Shown here piece after piece: positions 44,900-63,896 of a stretch of 64,000 bases of DNA (positions are counted from its first letter, which is position 1; every line of letters begins with the position of its first letter). The stretch is taken from the NCBI GenBank assembly GCA_964016885.1, contig OZ024758.1, positions 21,700,001-21,764,000 of the forward strand. Direction: 5' to 3'. The notes under the pieces were generated by a model, which saw only the letters and a program-made list of their open reading frames with translations, did not search any database and was not told where the DNA came from. The position numbers and the translations under genes were made by a program. The DNA is from Eledone cirrhosa. Lineage: Eukaryota.

Positions 44900-45129
44900 A
44901 TAAATAAACGGAGCCATAGGCCCTCGCCATTTCCTGTAAATAATGTGCTCAAAGGAGAAGTCCTGAGCTCTTTAAAATACAATATGTTGAAAAATTAAAA
45001 ATATTTTTAATTATCGTGTCTATAGTCTGCCTTTCATAGGTTATAGATTTCATACACCGGTCGGTTTTTTTCCCTGTTTTATTGATAGCGCACTGTATAT
45101 CTCTCTCTGGTGTGTTACCTTTTCAACAT

Positions 45130-45170
<41 letters not shown>

Positions 45171-45184
45171 TATATGTAAATGTG

Positions 45185-45223
<39 letters not shown>

Positions 45224-45300
45224 TATATATATAAATGTGTATGTATATAAATGTATATACATGTTTACATAAATGAATGATATATATATGTATGTATATG

Positions 45301-45843
45301 TATAAGTATGTATACGTACATACATATATGTATACAGACGTACAGTAGTATGTCTATATATATATATATATATATATACATACATGCACACATATATATA
45401 TGTACGTATGGATTCACCGAACATTTATTATAATGCTCGGTGCGTTTGTAAACAAACATCCCGAATTAAGCCGTACAGTGTCTAGCAACCATCGTTGCTC
45501 ATTTTTTCAACACTGACAAAGGACCCGTTAATGTGCATAAGGAAAGTTTATACTTTCAGACGTTCAACAATCTGGCAGGAGGGTATACGTTGCTGACGAT
45601 AGCTAATAAGCTTGAAACTAGTACAGCGTTCCTTCGTCAGTGTTGAACAAATGAGTAACAATGGTTGCTAGACACTGTACGGCTTAATTCAGGATGTTTG
45701 TTTACAAACACACCGAGCATTATAATAAATGTTCGGTGAATCCATACGTACATATATATATATATGTGTGGAATGTATGTATATATATATACATACTACT
45801 GTACGTCTGTATACATATATGTATGTACGTATACATACTTATA
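45301..45843 (+). mobile_element. F3 fold-back element: ~215-bp inverted arms around a hammerhead-containing spacer
   Basis: Arms 45301-45523 / 45630-45843. Confidence 0.85.
45587..45629 (+). ncRNA. Minimal type I hammerhead motif
   Basis: acgttg-CTGACGA-tagctaataagctt-GAAA-ctag-TA-cagcgt. Predicted cut after 45623. Confidence 0.85.
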
Positions 45844-45898
45844 TTTAAGTAACAGCCGTACTAAGAGTGAGAAATGAAATTTCGTTTCATTTTTTCCG

Positions 45899-51135
<5,237 letters not shown>

Positions 51136-51536
51136 AATATTTGTATATAAACTGTGTGTATGTATGTATGTATGTATATAGAATGTATCAGTAAAGGTGT
51201 GTGTACAGGAAATTAAATATGAAGTAGTTATGTTGCTTCTCTGATAAGGATAAACGCTTGTTAAACGGAATCTATCACACGTTCATACAATATCAATGAG
51301 GTTATTATATGGATCGGATTTAAAGATAACAATACACAGTCCTAAATTCATTCCCACAATTCCGTTTCCCTATTTAATTGTGGTAATATATAAAGGAGTT
51401 CAATGATATTTGCATTTGATTGAATACCCACTTACGCTTTATTTGTAAGGCAATAATTAAAAAAGGAATTGAATGTTGTTCGTAGAAACACTTACAAGGT
51501 TGCATGTGTTGAGTCAAACAACTGCTATGGGTGTAT

Positions 51537-51569
<33 letters not shown>

Positions 51570-51570
51570 C

Positions 51571-51608
<38 letters not shown>

Positions 51609-51957
51609 GAGAGAGAGATTAAAGTGTGTACATATATATACGTAGATTATATGTATGTATGTATATATATATTATATACATACACATATATATGCATATA
51701 TGAATGTTTATATATATGTATATACATACATATATATATGTATATATATATATATATATATATACATATATATGTATATATATGGATATTATGTATATAC
51801 ATAGATACATATATATAGATATAGTTATATATGTGTGAGTGTGTGTGTGTGTATACAGATATATGTACAAGTATATATGTGTGTATGTGTAACGTATGTA
51901 TGTATGTGTGTATATATATAATAGAGATACATGTATATATATATGTATATATATATG

Positions 51958-52043
<86 letters not shown>

Positions 52044-52579
52044 TACATATTAAGTATATAAATACATAACATACAATCATATATACACATATATATGTGT
52101 AGCGTATGTAAGTATGTGTGTGTATATATATATGTGTGTGTATGTGTGTGGAGGATAAGTATATGTGAGTGTATGTTCTGATCTGTGTATGTACATCCGT
52201 TGTGTAACACATTATTATGAGAGGCATGGGAGCATCTCTGACTATATATGACGTCACTTTCTTTGATTGGCACCTGTGTAAATATCCTTTCAATACATAA
52301 AAGTTTATAGCTCTTGTCACACATATACCAACATACCATACCTCCACACATAAACACGACCCCCCCCCCCCCGCAATCCCCACCCCCCACCCCCATACAC
52401 TTACATACATACATATACGCATACATACACACACAAGCATATCACACACATACAGATATATATATATATACATACATATACGCATACATACACACATGCA
52501 TATCACACACATACACAGATATATATATATATATATATATATAAATATATATACATGGTACCATACTTGTTATTATTGA

Positions 52580-53240
52580 CGCATTGAGTTACGGCCCTTG
52601 CCATTCTGAGTTCAAATCCCGCCGAGATTAACTTTGCCTTTCATCCTTACGGGGTCGATAAAATAAATCACCAGTAATACACTGGGGTAATTGCTGGCCT
52701 TGTGCCAAAAGTAGAATCAATTATTATATATATCGGTAGAGGGTCGGACGCCATGCTTTGCAGCAAAGAGTTACGGCCCTTTATGGGCTGAGTTCAAATC
52801 CCTCCGAGGTTAACTTTGCCTTTCATTCTTACGGGGTTGATTCAATTGGTAATATCGGTAGCCAGTCGGATGCCATGCTTTGCAGCATAGAATTACGGCC
52901 CTTTACGTTCTGATTTCAAATCCCGCCAAGGTTAACTTTGCCTTTCATCCTTACGGGGTCAATAAAAGAAAGTACCAGTAATGCACTGGAGTCGATTTAC
53001 TTAACTTTCCCCTCCCCCAAAATTGCTGGCCTTGTGCCTATAGTAGAAATCATTATTTTCAGCAGTATCGGTAGAGGGTCGGACGCCATGCTTTGACGCA
53101 TAGAGTTACGGCCCTTGCCATTCTGAGTTCAAATCCCGCCGATGTTAACTTTGCCTTTCATCCTTATGGCGTCGATAAAATAAAGTACCAGTAATGCACT
53201 GGGATAATTGCTGGCCTTGTGGCAAAAGTAGAAACAATTA
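52580..53240 (+). mobile_element. Four tandem S1 SINE copies
   Basis: Repeated gttacggccctt...gagttcaaatccc...ttaactttgcctttcat. Confidence 0.88.
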
Positions 53241-53989
53241 TTTTCACTTTAAGTAAATGGATAATCCTATATTTATTTCTGGTTTGAGGAAAAGCAGTGA
53301 TTAAGGAATGGATGTGTGTACGTTTCGGCTTCTGTTTAGTTATTTGGCCTCATCAGTGAAGCTTTGTGCATATTCGCCTCTAATCATTTTTAGAAAATTT
53401 AACGTATTAAAACACTTCTTTGCTTCTTGTTTAAGGGTAGCTTACATAATTGAAAAGGAACTGTCAGAAAAGGACACGAAAAGCCACTGGCATAAGTTTT
53501 AGATTAACAAATTCAACAGGGCTGAACTAAATACTCTACACGATAAATGCAAAACTTGGAAATTTTTCCTCGGGCATAGAGAAGGAAAGAAGGGATAGCA
53601 GCGAATATTTTGCAAGTGTGAATGAAATTGTTAGATAATTTCAAGAAATTAGAATATAATACGTTTGTTTTCAAGTGTATACGTGTGTACGGGCGCGTCT
53701 TTCTGTGTGTGAACTTGTATGTGTATATGTGTATATGTATGTATGTGTATATGTATATGTATGTATGTACATATATATGTATATGTATGTACATATATAT
53801 ATATATATAAATATATATTTACCAAAAAGAAGAACAAGTCAACATCATTGGATACCATCAGGATTGCAGGTGTTATATCAGCGTTTTCCTTCTAGAAGGA
53901 AAACTCTAATATAACACCTGCAATCATCTTGTAAATATCATCTTGGTTAAGAGAGTGGGACTGGCTTTGTGCAGTGCCTTTGCTCACTA

Positions 53990-54152
53990 TAAAAGGTTCA
54001 CGACACAGGCATTGCTTTATATCTGGAGATCTCTCTGCACTTGTCGTCACGTGGTACCATGGGCCCAGCACTATGTGTCAATAATTGTCACAAGTGTAGT
54101 GTTTGTACCAGAGTTTTCAAGTCGCTGGCTGGACTAAAAAGTCACACTCGTG
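53990..54152 (+). pseudogene. RTE-like LINE 3' end with C2H2-type finger
   Basis: ...WRSLC... followed by HKCSVCTRVFKSLAGLKSHTRV. Confidence 0.55.
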
Positions 54153-55117
54153 TATATATATATATGGTGGCTGCCAACTCGTTTTCGAGTACGGCCACTA
54201 CTTTATATCCATGTAGGATAACTCCTACCGATGCGCTGAACGAGTGTGACTTTTTAGATATTTCGTTTCTGAATTTGTTTAGCAAGATTCTTTATCTGAA
54301 ATCGTGTGTTGAAACCGATATTGTTATACTTTGGGAGGGTCATGTTGCGTGTGTTTCTTATTGGCAACATGACCCTCCCAAAGTATAACAATATATATAT
54401 ATACATATGTGTGTATATGTGTGTGTGCGGACGCATCTTTCTGTGTGTGAGCTTGTATGTGTATATATATATATATAAATATGTGTGTGTCTGTGTGTGA
54501 GAGAGAGTGCTTGTGTGTGTGCGCGTGTTTTTTGTGTGCATACTTGTGTGTGTATATATATATTTATATATATATACATATATATGTATGTGTATGCGTG
54601 TGAATATATATATGTATATATATACATACACATATATCTATGTGTGCGTGTGAATATATATATGTACATGCGTGTGTTTATATATATTTTTGTGTGTGTA
54701 CGTGAATACCTCTATGTGTATGTTCACATATAGCCAGAACGAGAAAGTGTGTGTCCATCTATGTGTCAGAAAGAGACTGACTATTCACAGTTCTCCATAT
54801 GACACTAAGCCTGGCAATATCTGTGGAGAAATTGGTGAGTGTTAACCATTTGATTTTCAATTTATATGGAAGCCCTGAGAAAGCTATAAGGCATTTGTTT
54901 TGTTTAGATTAGTTTTGTTTTGTGCGTGTGTTTATAAAATTAATAATCGAAATGATAGCAGAATAACAGAGGCAATAGTAAATACGAAACGCAGGCGGTG
55001 ATTAAATAATGCAATGGAGATAACGACAATTGAATTTAAATAAATTGATAAACGCTAACGGAATCTCGAGTGTTTACATAACTGTATTATACAATTATTT
55101 GGACGCTCAACTATAAA

Positions 55118-55855
55118 TGAGATGTCAAACCACACTACTAACAATATGCTTATCAGCTTCCATTAAACTTAAGTTATTTCATCAACTAAAATGATTGAGG
55201 ATTTTTATCAAAGGAACCAGGGTTTGTGATGCCTGTGGAGTTTTTACTGGATAGAAAAGAGAGGGGCAATGTTTATCAGCTTCCATTAAACCTAAGTTAT
55301 TTCATCAACTAAAATTATTGAGGATTTTTATCATAGGAACCAGGGTTTGTGTTGTACCAGGGTTTGTGTTGCATGTGGAGTTTTTCCTGGATAGAAAAGA
55401 GAGGAGCAATGCTTATCAGCTTCCATTAAACCTAAGTTATTTCATCAACTGAAATTATTGAATATTTTTATCATAGAGACCAGGGTTTGTGTTGTACCAG
55501 GGTTTGTGTTGCATGTGGAGTTTTTCCTGGGTGGAAAAGAGAAGGACTGAAATATAATGCTGTTTCAAAGGTTATCAATAGATGTCAAACCACACTACTA
55601 ACAATATTCTTATCAGCTTCTATTAAACCTAAATTATTTCATCAACTGAAATACTTGAGTATTTTTATCATAAGGAGCAGTGTTTGTGTTGCATGTGAAG
55701 TTTTTCCTGTGTGGAAGAGAGGGGGGGGGGGGGCAGAAATAAAATAGGTTATCAATAGATCTGAAACCACACTACTAACAATATGCTTATTAACTTCCAT
55801 TAAACCTAAGTTATTTCATCAACTGAAATAGGGACAAGGGTTTGTGTTGTATGCA
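55118..55855 (+). repeat. Diverged ~125-190-bp tandem repeat x ~5
   Basis: ttatcagcttccattaaacctaagttatttcatcaact recurs at ~55150, 55273, 55413, 55610 and 55787. Confidence 0.88.
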
Positions 55856-56029
55856 TCATCATCATCATCATCCTCTTCAACATCATCATCCACTTCATCA
55901 TCATCTTCATCATCATCATCATCATTACCATCTTTAACATCACCCTTCACCCCCACCTCCTCTTCCACCTCCTCCTCATCATCATCATCATCTGCATCAT
56001 CATCATCATTATGATTACTCATACTCAAG

Positions 56030-56220
56030 GGTGGTGGTTTGGCAGTATCGGTAGAGAGTCGGACAACATGCTTTGTAGCACAGAGTTACGCCCCTTTCTG
56101 ATCTGAGTTCAAATCCTGCCGAGGTTGACTTTGCCTTTCATCGTTACGGGGTCGATAAAATAAAGTACCAGTAATGCACTGGGTAATTGCTGGCCTTGTG
56201 CCAAACGTAGAAACAATTAT
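56030..56220 (+). mobile_element. S1 SINE, near full length
   Basis: A-box, B-box and body motifs. Confidence 0.88.
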
Positions 56221-57077
56221 CAGTACTTTCATCACCCCCTCATCACCACCTCCTTCTCTTCCTTCCTCATCCTTCTCCTCCTTATCATCATCATCTCCAT
56301 ATAGACAGCCACATTAACATATTGATTTTGATGTATGCAACATAGATACACAAATTGTTCAAATTGTGTCCATTTTTTACCAAATAACCATGTAACAACA
56401 AACAATTGATAAAGATTCTTCTTGTAGTAACTGAAAGACAGCTTTAGCAGTACTAGGTACATTTTAATAATTTACTGGCAAAATACCGTTTCTTTAAGTA
56501 GAGCAGGAGGTAGGCGGGGTGCTTCAAGAATGCGTAATTAAGGTGTCAGTGGTGTTAGACTTTGCGCCTCTCAGCCAATTTTTGATAGATTGAAAATTAT
56601 GTTCAGTCTGAAGCATTTAATTTTCTGACATATCCAGATGTTGGATACAATTCAGACGAACTGTAAATCGCAAATGTGTCGATATTTCTTGTAAACCTTC
56701 AACACGATTTTCCTCACGTTTCAATAGTAATAAAGTTCGCTTTACTTTAAGTAGTCTGTCAACTCATTTGATATTGAGAAAAGGTCTGTTTAAGGTGATT
56801 GCCGTACAGTCTATGATTTATTCCTCTTTTTTTATAAATACACTCAATCCACACAAGCAGACACTATACTCGAACAAATACACATACACAATCAAACTCA
56901 AACAAATATGTAAAGCAAGCATACACAAAGAAATGCTGAAATGCTTTCTGAATAAAACAAAACCAAACATAAAGTCTGGATGTCAATATATAAAGAGAAT
57001 GCTAGTATCAAGCACAAACCAGGGGTAATCAGTGAACAAGGCTTTATCTTGTTAAAAAGCAAAGATGTTTTAGTATA

Positions 57078-57197
57078 GTGAAGGCGAGTGGCTGAATGGC
57101 TAGAGAATTGGATTCGCAATCGTGAGGTTTTGAGTTTGATTCCCGGACCAAGTGCTCGCTATGTCCTTGAACAAGACACTTTATTTCATGTTGCTCC
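57078..57197 (+). mobile_element. S2 CORE-type SINE 5' part
   Basis: gtgaaggcgagtggctgaatggctagag...gtccttgaacaagacactttattt. Confidence 0.65.
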
Positions 57198-57682
57198 TAC
57201 TACCTAGATCTGCGACAGATAAATAGTATTAGCAACTGGAAAGCCCAATGGAAACATTGTTTCCTCAGTCCTATTTGAGGAGTTCCGCCTCACTCGGTAA
57301 GTGAATGTAATCTGGAACCTTATCGATCGATATATATACATATATATATTATAGTTATATGCATATATACATTATATATATAATATATATATGTATATAT
57401 GTATTTATATATATATATAATATATATGTATATATTATATATATATATATGTATATATTATATATATATATATGTATATATTATATATATATATATGTAT
57501 ATATTATATATATATATATACATATATATTATATATATATATATACATATATATTATATATATATATATATACATATATATTATATATATATATATATAC
57601 ATATATATTATATATATATATATATACATATATATTTTATATATATATATATACATATATATTATATATATATATAGATACA

Positions 57683-57713
<31 letters not shown>

Positions 57714-57943
57714 CATATATATTATATATATATACATATATATTATATATATATATATATACATATATATTATATATATACATATATATTATATATATAT
57801 ATATTTATATATTATATATATATTATATATATTATATATATATTATATATATTATATATATATTATATATATTATATATATACATATATATTATATATAT
57901 ATATATACATATATATATATTATATATATATATGTATATATAT

Positions 57944-58153
57944 AACTGAGAGGGTGTGGTAAGATACCAGGTGGACCATAATGCACCAGAGTACTCAATA
58001 CTTAGGGTAGTAAAGTAGGTAATAGTAAAAATAGTCAGGAACCCGACGGCTGAGCCCCGCCCGTTTCGATAGCTAGATTCGAACTAAGGTTTAGTTTGGA
58101 TCTAGCTGTCGAAACGGCCGGAGCTCAGCCGTCGGGGTCTTGACTCTTTTCCT
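57944..58153 (-). mobile_element. F1 fold-back element (second subfamily)
   Basis: Inverted arms centred ~58088; left extension; (TA)n flanks. Confidence 0.8.
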
Positions 58154-58163
58154 TTATATATAT

Positions 58164-58255
<92 letters not shown>

Positions 58256-58257
58256 GT

Positions 58258-58355
58258 ATGTATATAAAATAATGTTTCCATTGGTCGTTCGAATTGCTAA
58301 TACTATATACATTATATATATTTCTGTATATATATATATATATTTCTCAATATAT

Positions 58356-58393
<38 letters not shown>

Positions 58394-58499
58394 TGTATAT
58401 ATATATGTGTATATAAAATAATGTTTCCATTGGTCGTTCGAATTGCTAATACTATATACATTATATATATTTCTGTATATATATATATATATTTCTCAA

Positions 58500-58542
<43 letters not shown>

Positions 58543-58653
58543 TGTATATATATATGTGTATATAAAATAATGTTTCCATTGGTCGTTCGAATTGCTAATA
58601 CTATATACATTATATATATTTCTGTATATATATATATATATTTCTCAATATAT

Positions 58654-58701
<48 letters not shown>

Positions 58702-58813
58702 TGTATATATATATGTGTATATAAAATAATGTTTCCATTGGTCGTTCGAATATGCTAATACTATATACATTATATATATTTCTGTATATATATATATATA
58801 TTTCTCAATATAT

Positions 58814-58850
<37 letters not shown>
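58258..58850 (+). repeat. ~150-bp tandem repeat x4
   Basis: aatgtttccattggtcgttcgaattgctaatacta plus TA runs is repeated. Confidence 0.9.
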
Positions 58851-58852
<2 letters not shown>

Positions 58853-59529
58853 GTATATATTTCTGTCAGGAGTTGCTACCGGTAGATAGTATTAGCAAGT
58901 GGAAAGATCAATGGAAACATTGTTTCCTCGGTTCGATTTGATGAACGCCACCCATCTCGTTAAGGGAATGAGGTCTGGGATATGTCGATCGACTGATACG
59001 TTTTAGTGCTCTACCAAGCGATGGAATCTTTAACTTTACATAGTATACTGCTTTCTCTTTCCAAGTAGATCACTATTATTGCTTTCAGATTCAAGTGATC
59101 AAATTCTGTTTTAAATTAACAACATCAAATCTCATTTGAGAATTAATTTTCATTGTTACTGGTTGAAAGTAAAATAAGTGGATAAAATTAAAGTTCAGTA
59201 AAAGATTGTATTTCTTCATTCGCTTATATAGTCACACGCGATACTAAGCTCTCATATAAACTTGAATTTATTGGAAAACCTACATCTACCTTTCTATTCC
59301 AATGAATTAATGGATATCAGATATTGTTACTATCTGGCAGTCTCGTGAAATGGTTTACTTATAACTGAATTGTTATAACTATCTGGGAAACTTTCGCTTT
59401 CTTTGTTTTATAATTGTTTTCCATTTTGCTTTGGCTTTTTGTTTTCTCATTATATTTATTTTATTTTTTACTGAATATGATTCTTTTCTATAGAACTTTA
59501 GACTGATATATGTATGTATGATTGTATGT

Positions 59530-59548
59530 TTGTGTGTATGTATATATG

Positions 59549-59581
<33 letters not shown>

Positions 59582-59673
59582 ATATGTATATATATATATG
59601 TGTGTGTGTATATGAATATATATATGTGTGTGTGTATATGTATATGTATATATATATGTGTGTGTATATGTAT

Positions 59674-59768
<95 letters not shown>

Positions 59769-59987
59769 GTGTGTATATATATATATATATAATGTGTGTA
59801 TATATATATATATAATGTGTGTATATATATATATATAAAATGTGTGTATATATATATATATATATAATGTGTGTATATATATATATATATATAATGTGTG
59901 TATATATATATATATATAATGTGTGTATATATATATATATAATGTGTGTATATATATATATATAATGTGTGTGTATATATATATATA

Positions 59988-60026
<39 letters not shown>

Positions 60027-60039
60027 ATATATATATATA

Positions 60040-60132
<93 letters not shown>

Positions 60133-60233
60133 GTGTATATATGTGTGTGTATATATATATATATATATATGTGTGTATATGTATATATATATGTAATGTG
60201 TATATATATATATATATATATATAATGTGTATA

Positions 60234-60272
<39 letters not shown>

Positions 60273-60296
60273 ATATGTATATATATATATAATGTG

Positions 60297-60328
<32 letters not shown>

Positions 60329-60435
60329 ATGTGTATATATATATATATATATAATGTGTATATATATATATATAATGTGTGTATATATATATATATGTGT
60401 GTGTATATATATATATGTGTGTATATATATATGTG

Positions 60436-60517
<82 letters not shown>
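59530..60517. repeat. Compound (TA)n/(TG)n tract
   Basis: Direct reading. Confidence 0.95.
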
Positions 60518-60518
<1 letters not shown>

Positions 60519-60762
60519 TGTTATAATATTCCCAGAAATAATAACAGAACACACTCACTGTATCTTTTATATCTCCATAGTTAATTTATTTGGCAATCAA
60601 TGTTTATCATTGATTGACCAACGGTTAAAAATACAGATATAAATATATATTTGTAGTCTATCTAAGTTCTTTCGTTGCACATCTGCAACATCATCAGTGG
60701 TACTTTATTATGTTCCCTCCTATTGTATTGTATTGTATTGTAATGTCTACGCCGTTTTTATT

Positions 60763-60805
<43 letters not shown>

Positions 60806-61087
60806 TTTCCTCTTGTCTCCGTCTCTGCGCATGCGTTTGTGTGTATGTGTTTTGGTTTTTGTAATTTATCTTTGTTTACTAGTGTGTGTTTATATATGTT
60901 TATAAACACACAGTTGAGCATAGAGTGTTCAACCGGCATGCCGCCTATGGATACATCCAAACAATCTCACTACAAATATATATTTAACTCCTGACTCTCC
61001 GCATGATCTCTACGACACTAACAACAGTTATGTTCCCTAAATGTTCTGAATGACTAGGATTTTAGTCATATGTTTCGATATTCCCTA

Positions 61088-61134
61088 TGCTCCGATGAAT
61101 CCTGATTTACCTCTGGAAGAAACTATTGTCAGCA
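61088..61134 (+). ncRNA. Hammerhead motif, CCGAUGA core variant (family F4)
   Basis: tgct-CCGATGA-atcc...ggaa-GAAA-ctattg-TC-agca, followed by aataaa. Confidence 0.6.
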
Positions 61135-61279
61135 AATAAATGTTTTAAACTAAAATTTGATCGTTTTAACACTTTATATCTCGGCTCTGTAAAACACTTG
61201 AAAATTTGCATTGAGCTTTTGTCATACCGGTAACCGGCTAGTACTTAGTACATCCTCCATATTTATATTTGTATTAAAC

Positions 61280-61337
<58 letters not shown>

Positions 61338-61514
61338 TAAAAACGAAAGGAGTGCCTAAGTTATGTACCATTTTTAATGGTATGGAAGACAATCTTTTTG
61401 TATGAATGTACATGACATAAATATGCGTGTGTGTGTATCTGTATTTGAATGCTGTGTGTGAGTGTGTGTATATATGTGCATTTATATATATATATGTATC
61501 TATGTGTACCAAAG

Positions 61515-62410
61515 TAGTGCCTAGGTTATATAGCTATGTTTATATGTGTATGGTCATCAGTGAGTGTGTATGTATATATGTGCATATATATATATACTAT
61601 ATATATGTATGTATAAGACAGGAGTGTCTAGGTTATATAGCTATGTTTATATGTGTATGGTCATCAGTGAGTGTGTATGTATATATGTGCATATATATAT
61701 ACTATATATATGTATGTATAAGACAGGAGTGTCTAGGTTATATAGCTATGTTTATATGTGTATGGTCATCAGTGAGTGTGTATGTATATATGTGCATATA
61801 TATATATACTATATATATGTATGTATAAGACAGGAGTGTCTAGGTTATATAGCTATGTTTATATGTGTATGGTCATCAGTGAGTGTGTATGTATATATGT
61901 GCATATATATATACTATATATATGTATGTATAAGACAGGAGTGTCTAGGTTATATAGCTATGTTTATATGTGTATGGTCATCAGTGAGTGTGTATGTATA
62001 TATGTGCATATATATATACTATATATATGTATGTATAAGACAGGAGTGTCTAGGTTATATAGCTATGTTTATATGTGTATGGTCATCAGTGAGTGTGTAT
62101 GTATATATGTGCATATATATATATACTATATATATGTATGTATAAGACAGGAGTGTCTAGGTTATATAGCTATGTTTATATGTGTATGGTCATCAGTGAG
62201 TGTGTATGTATATATGTGCATATATATATACTATATATATGTATGTATAAGACAGGAGTGTCTAGGTTATATAGCTATGTTTATATTTGTATGGACATCA
62301 GCGAGTGTGTGTGTGTATATATGTGCATATATATATACAATATATTTGTATATACACGACAGGAGTGTCTAGGTTATATAATTATGTTTATATTTGTATG
62401 GACATCATTA
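61515..62410 (+). repeat. 105-107-bp minisatellite x ~8
   Basis: caggagtgtctaggttatatagctatgtttatatgtgtatggtcatcagtgag is repeated. Confidence 0.93.
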
Positions 62411-62542
62411 GTATTATATGTTATACATGATACAGTCTAGGTTTAGTTGCTTCAAGTCAATGTTGATTGTACACCTTATTGATGTAGACTAATTCAGTAA
62501 AATCTGTATTACCCGCTATACAACTGTCTTAGCTAGCAAATA

Positions 62543-62707
62543 ATTGTTTTTACTTTTGGCACAAGGCCAGCAATTAACCAGTGTATTACTGGCACTTTAT
62601 TTTATCGACCCGTAAGTTAACCTTGACGGGATTTGAATTCAGAATGACAAGGGGCGTAACTCTATGCGTCAAAGCATGGCGTCCGACCCTCTACCGATAC
62701 TGCCAAT
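62543..62707 (-). mobile_element. S1 SINE
   Basis: SINE motifs, reverse strand. Confidence 0.85.
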
Positions 62708-63227
62708 CTAGCAAATAATGTATTGAAAGATGTGATTGAAAATTTCCATTGACAATAGAAGAAGTTATGTTCCATCTCCTCCTTAAACCATTTAAAGACG
62801 TTTCTTCCATAGAAATTATTTTTAGCCTACTGTGGCTGTCCACTTTAATTCTTTAAAGGGATTATTATATCGGACGAGATATTCCTCAGCTGCATTTTCT
62901 TGGTTTTACCAAATTTGCGTGTTGTTGTTGTTGTTGTTGTTTTGTGTTGTTTCGTTTTGTTTTGTTTTTTGTTTTTTTGTTTTGTTTTCTGCCGCTTCAT
63001 CTCATTTGTTTTCCTCCTTCTCTCTCTCTCTGTCGCTAATTCTCTCTCTCTCTCTCTCTCGCCTTCTAATTTTCTCTCTCACGCTCTCTGGCTCTAATTC
63101 TCTGCCTTTCTCTCTCTCTGTCTCTGGCTGTCTCTCTCTTTATCTCTTTCTCTCTCTCACGCCCTCTAATTCTCTCTGCCACTCTCTATGTCTCTCTCTC
63201 TCTCTCATCTCTTTTAATCTATTTCCC

Positions 63228-63276
<49 letters not shown>

Positions 63277-63352
63277 TACAGTTGATCATTCATTCCACCT
63301 TTTATCGCTTCATCTCATATTCATTTCTCCTTCCCTCTCTCTCTCTCTCTCA

Positions 63353-63395
<43 letters not shown>

Positions 63396-63706
63396 TCTCT
63401 CTCTCTCTCTCGCTCTCTCTCTCACACACACACACATATGGTGTGCTTCCTTCCATCTTTTATCTCTAGGTCTCATTTCAAGACCTTTCTAACGTATAAT
63501 GTTGACAGGTGTCTTCATTTCGGAATTTCATAATATTGAAATAATAATGATTCATATCAGAAATACAAAGCTTCAAATTATAGAAGAAAGACATGGAGCC
63601 GTTGGCATTTAGCTGGTATATAGATTATATTCTACCCTAGATTTGAACAGAGAACCTTGTCATATTAGAATATTAGAGTGTGACAAAACATATTAGATTC
63701 TCTTAG

Positions 63707-63800
<94 letters not shown>

Positions 63801-63896
63801 GTAAGAATATTTTCGAAACAGCGAGTGGGTTTGAAATTATTAGAAATGTAAGCTATCGCCGTATTTTGACTAAAGAAATTAAAGAAATTATTTAGC

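Noticed and set aside
55819-56028. Acidic D/E-rich ORF
   Set aside because: (CAT)/(CCT) simple repeat.
56030-56125. tRNA gene suggested by A/B boxes
   Set aside because: No cloverleaf; it continues into the repeated SINE body, so it is a SINE head.
61515-62410. CTGATGA on the minus strand of every minisatellite unit (retrozyme-like tandem?)
   Set aside because: No stem II pairing or GAAA follows.
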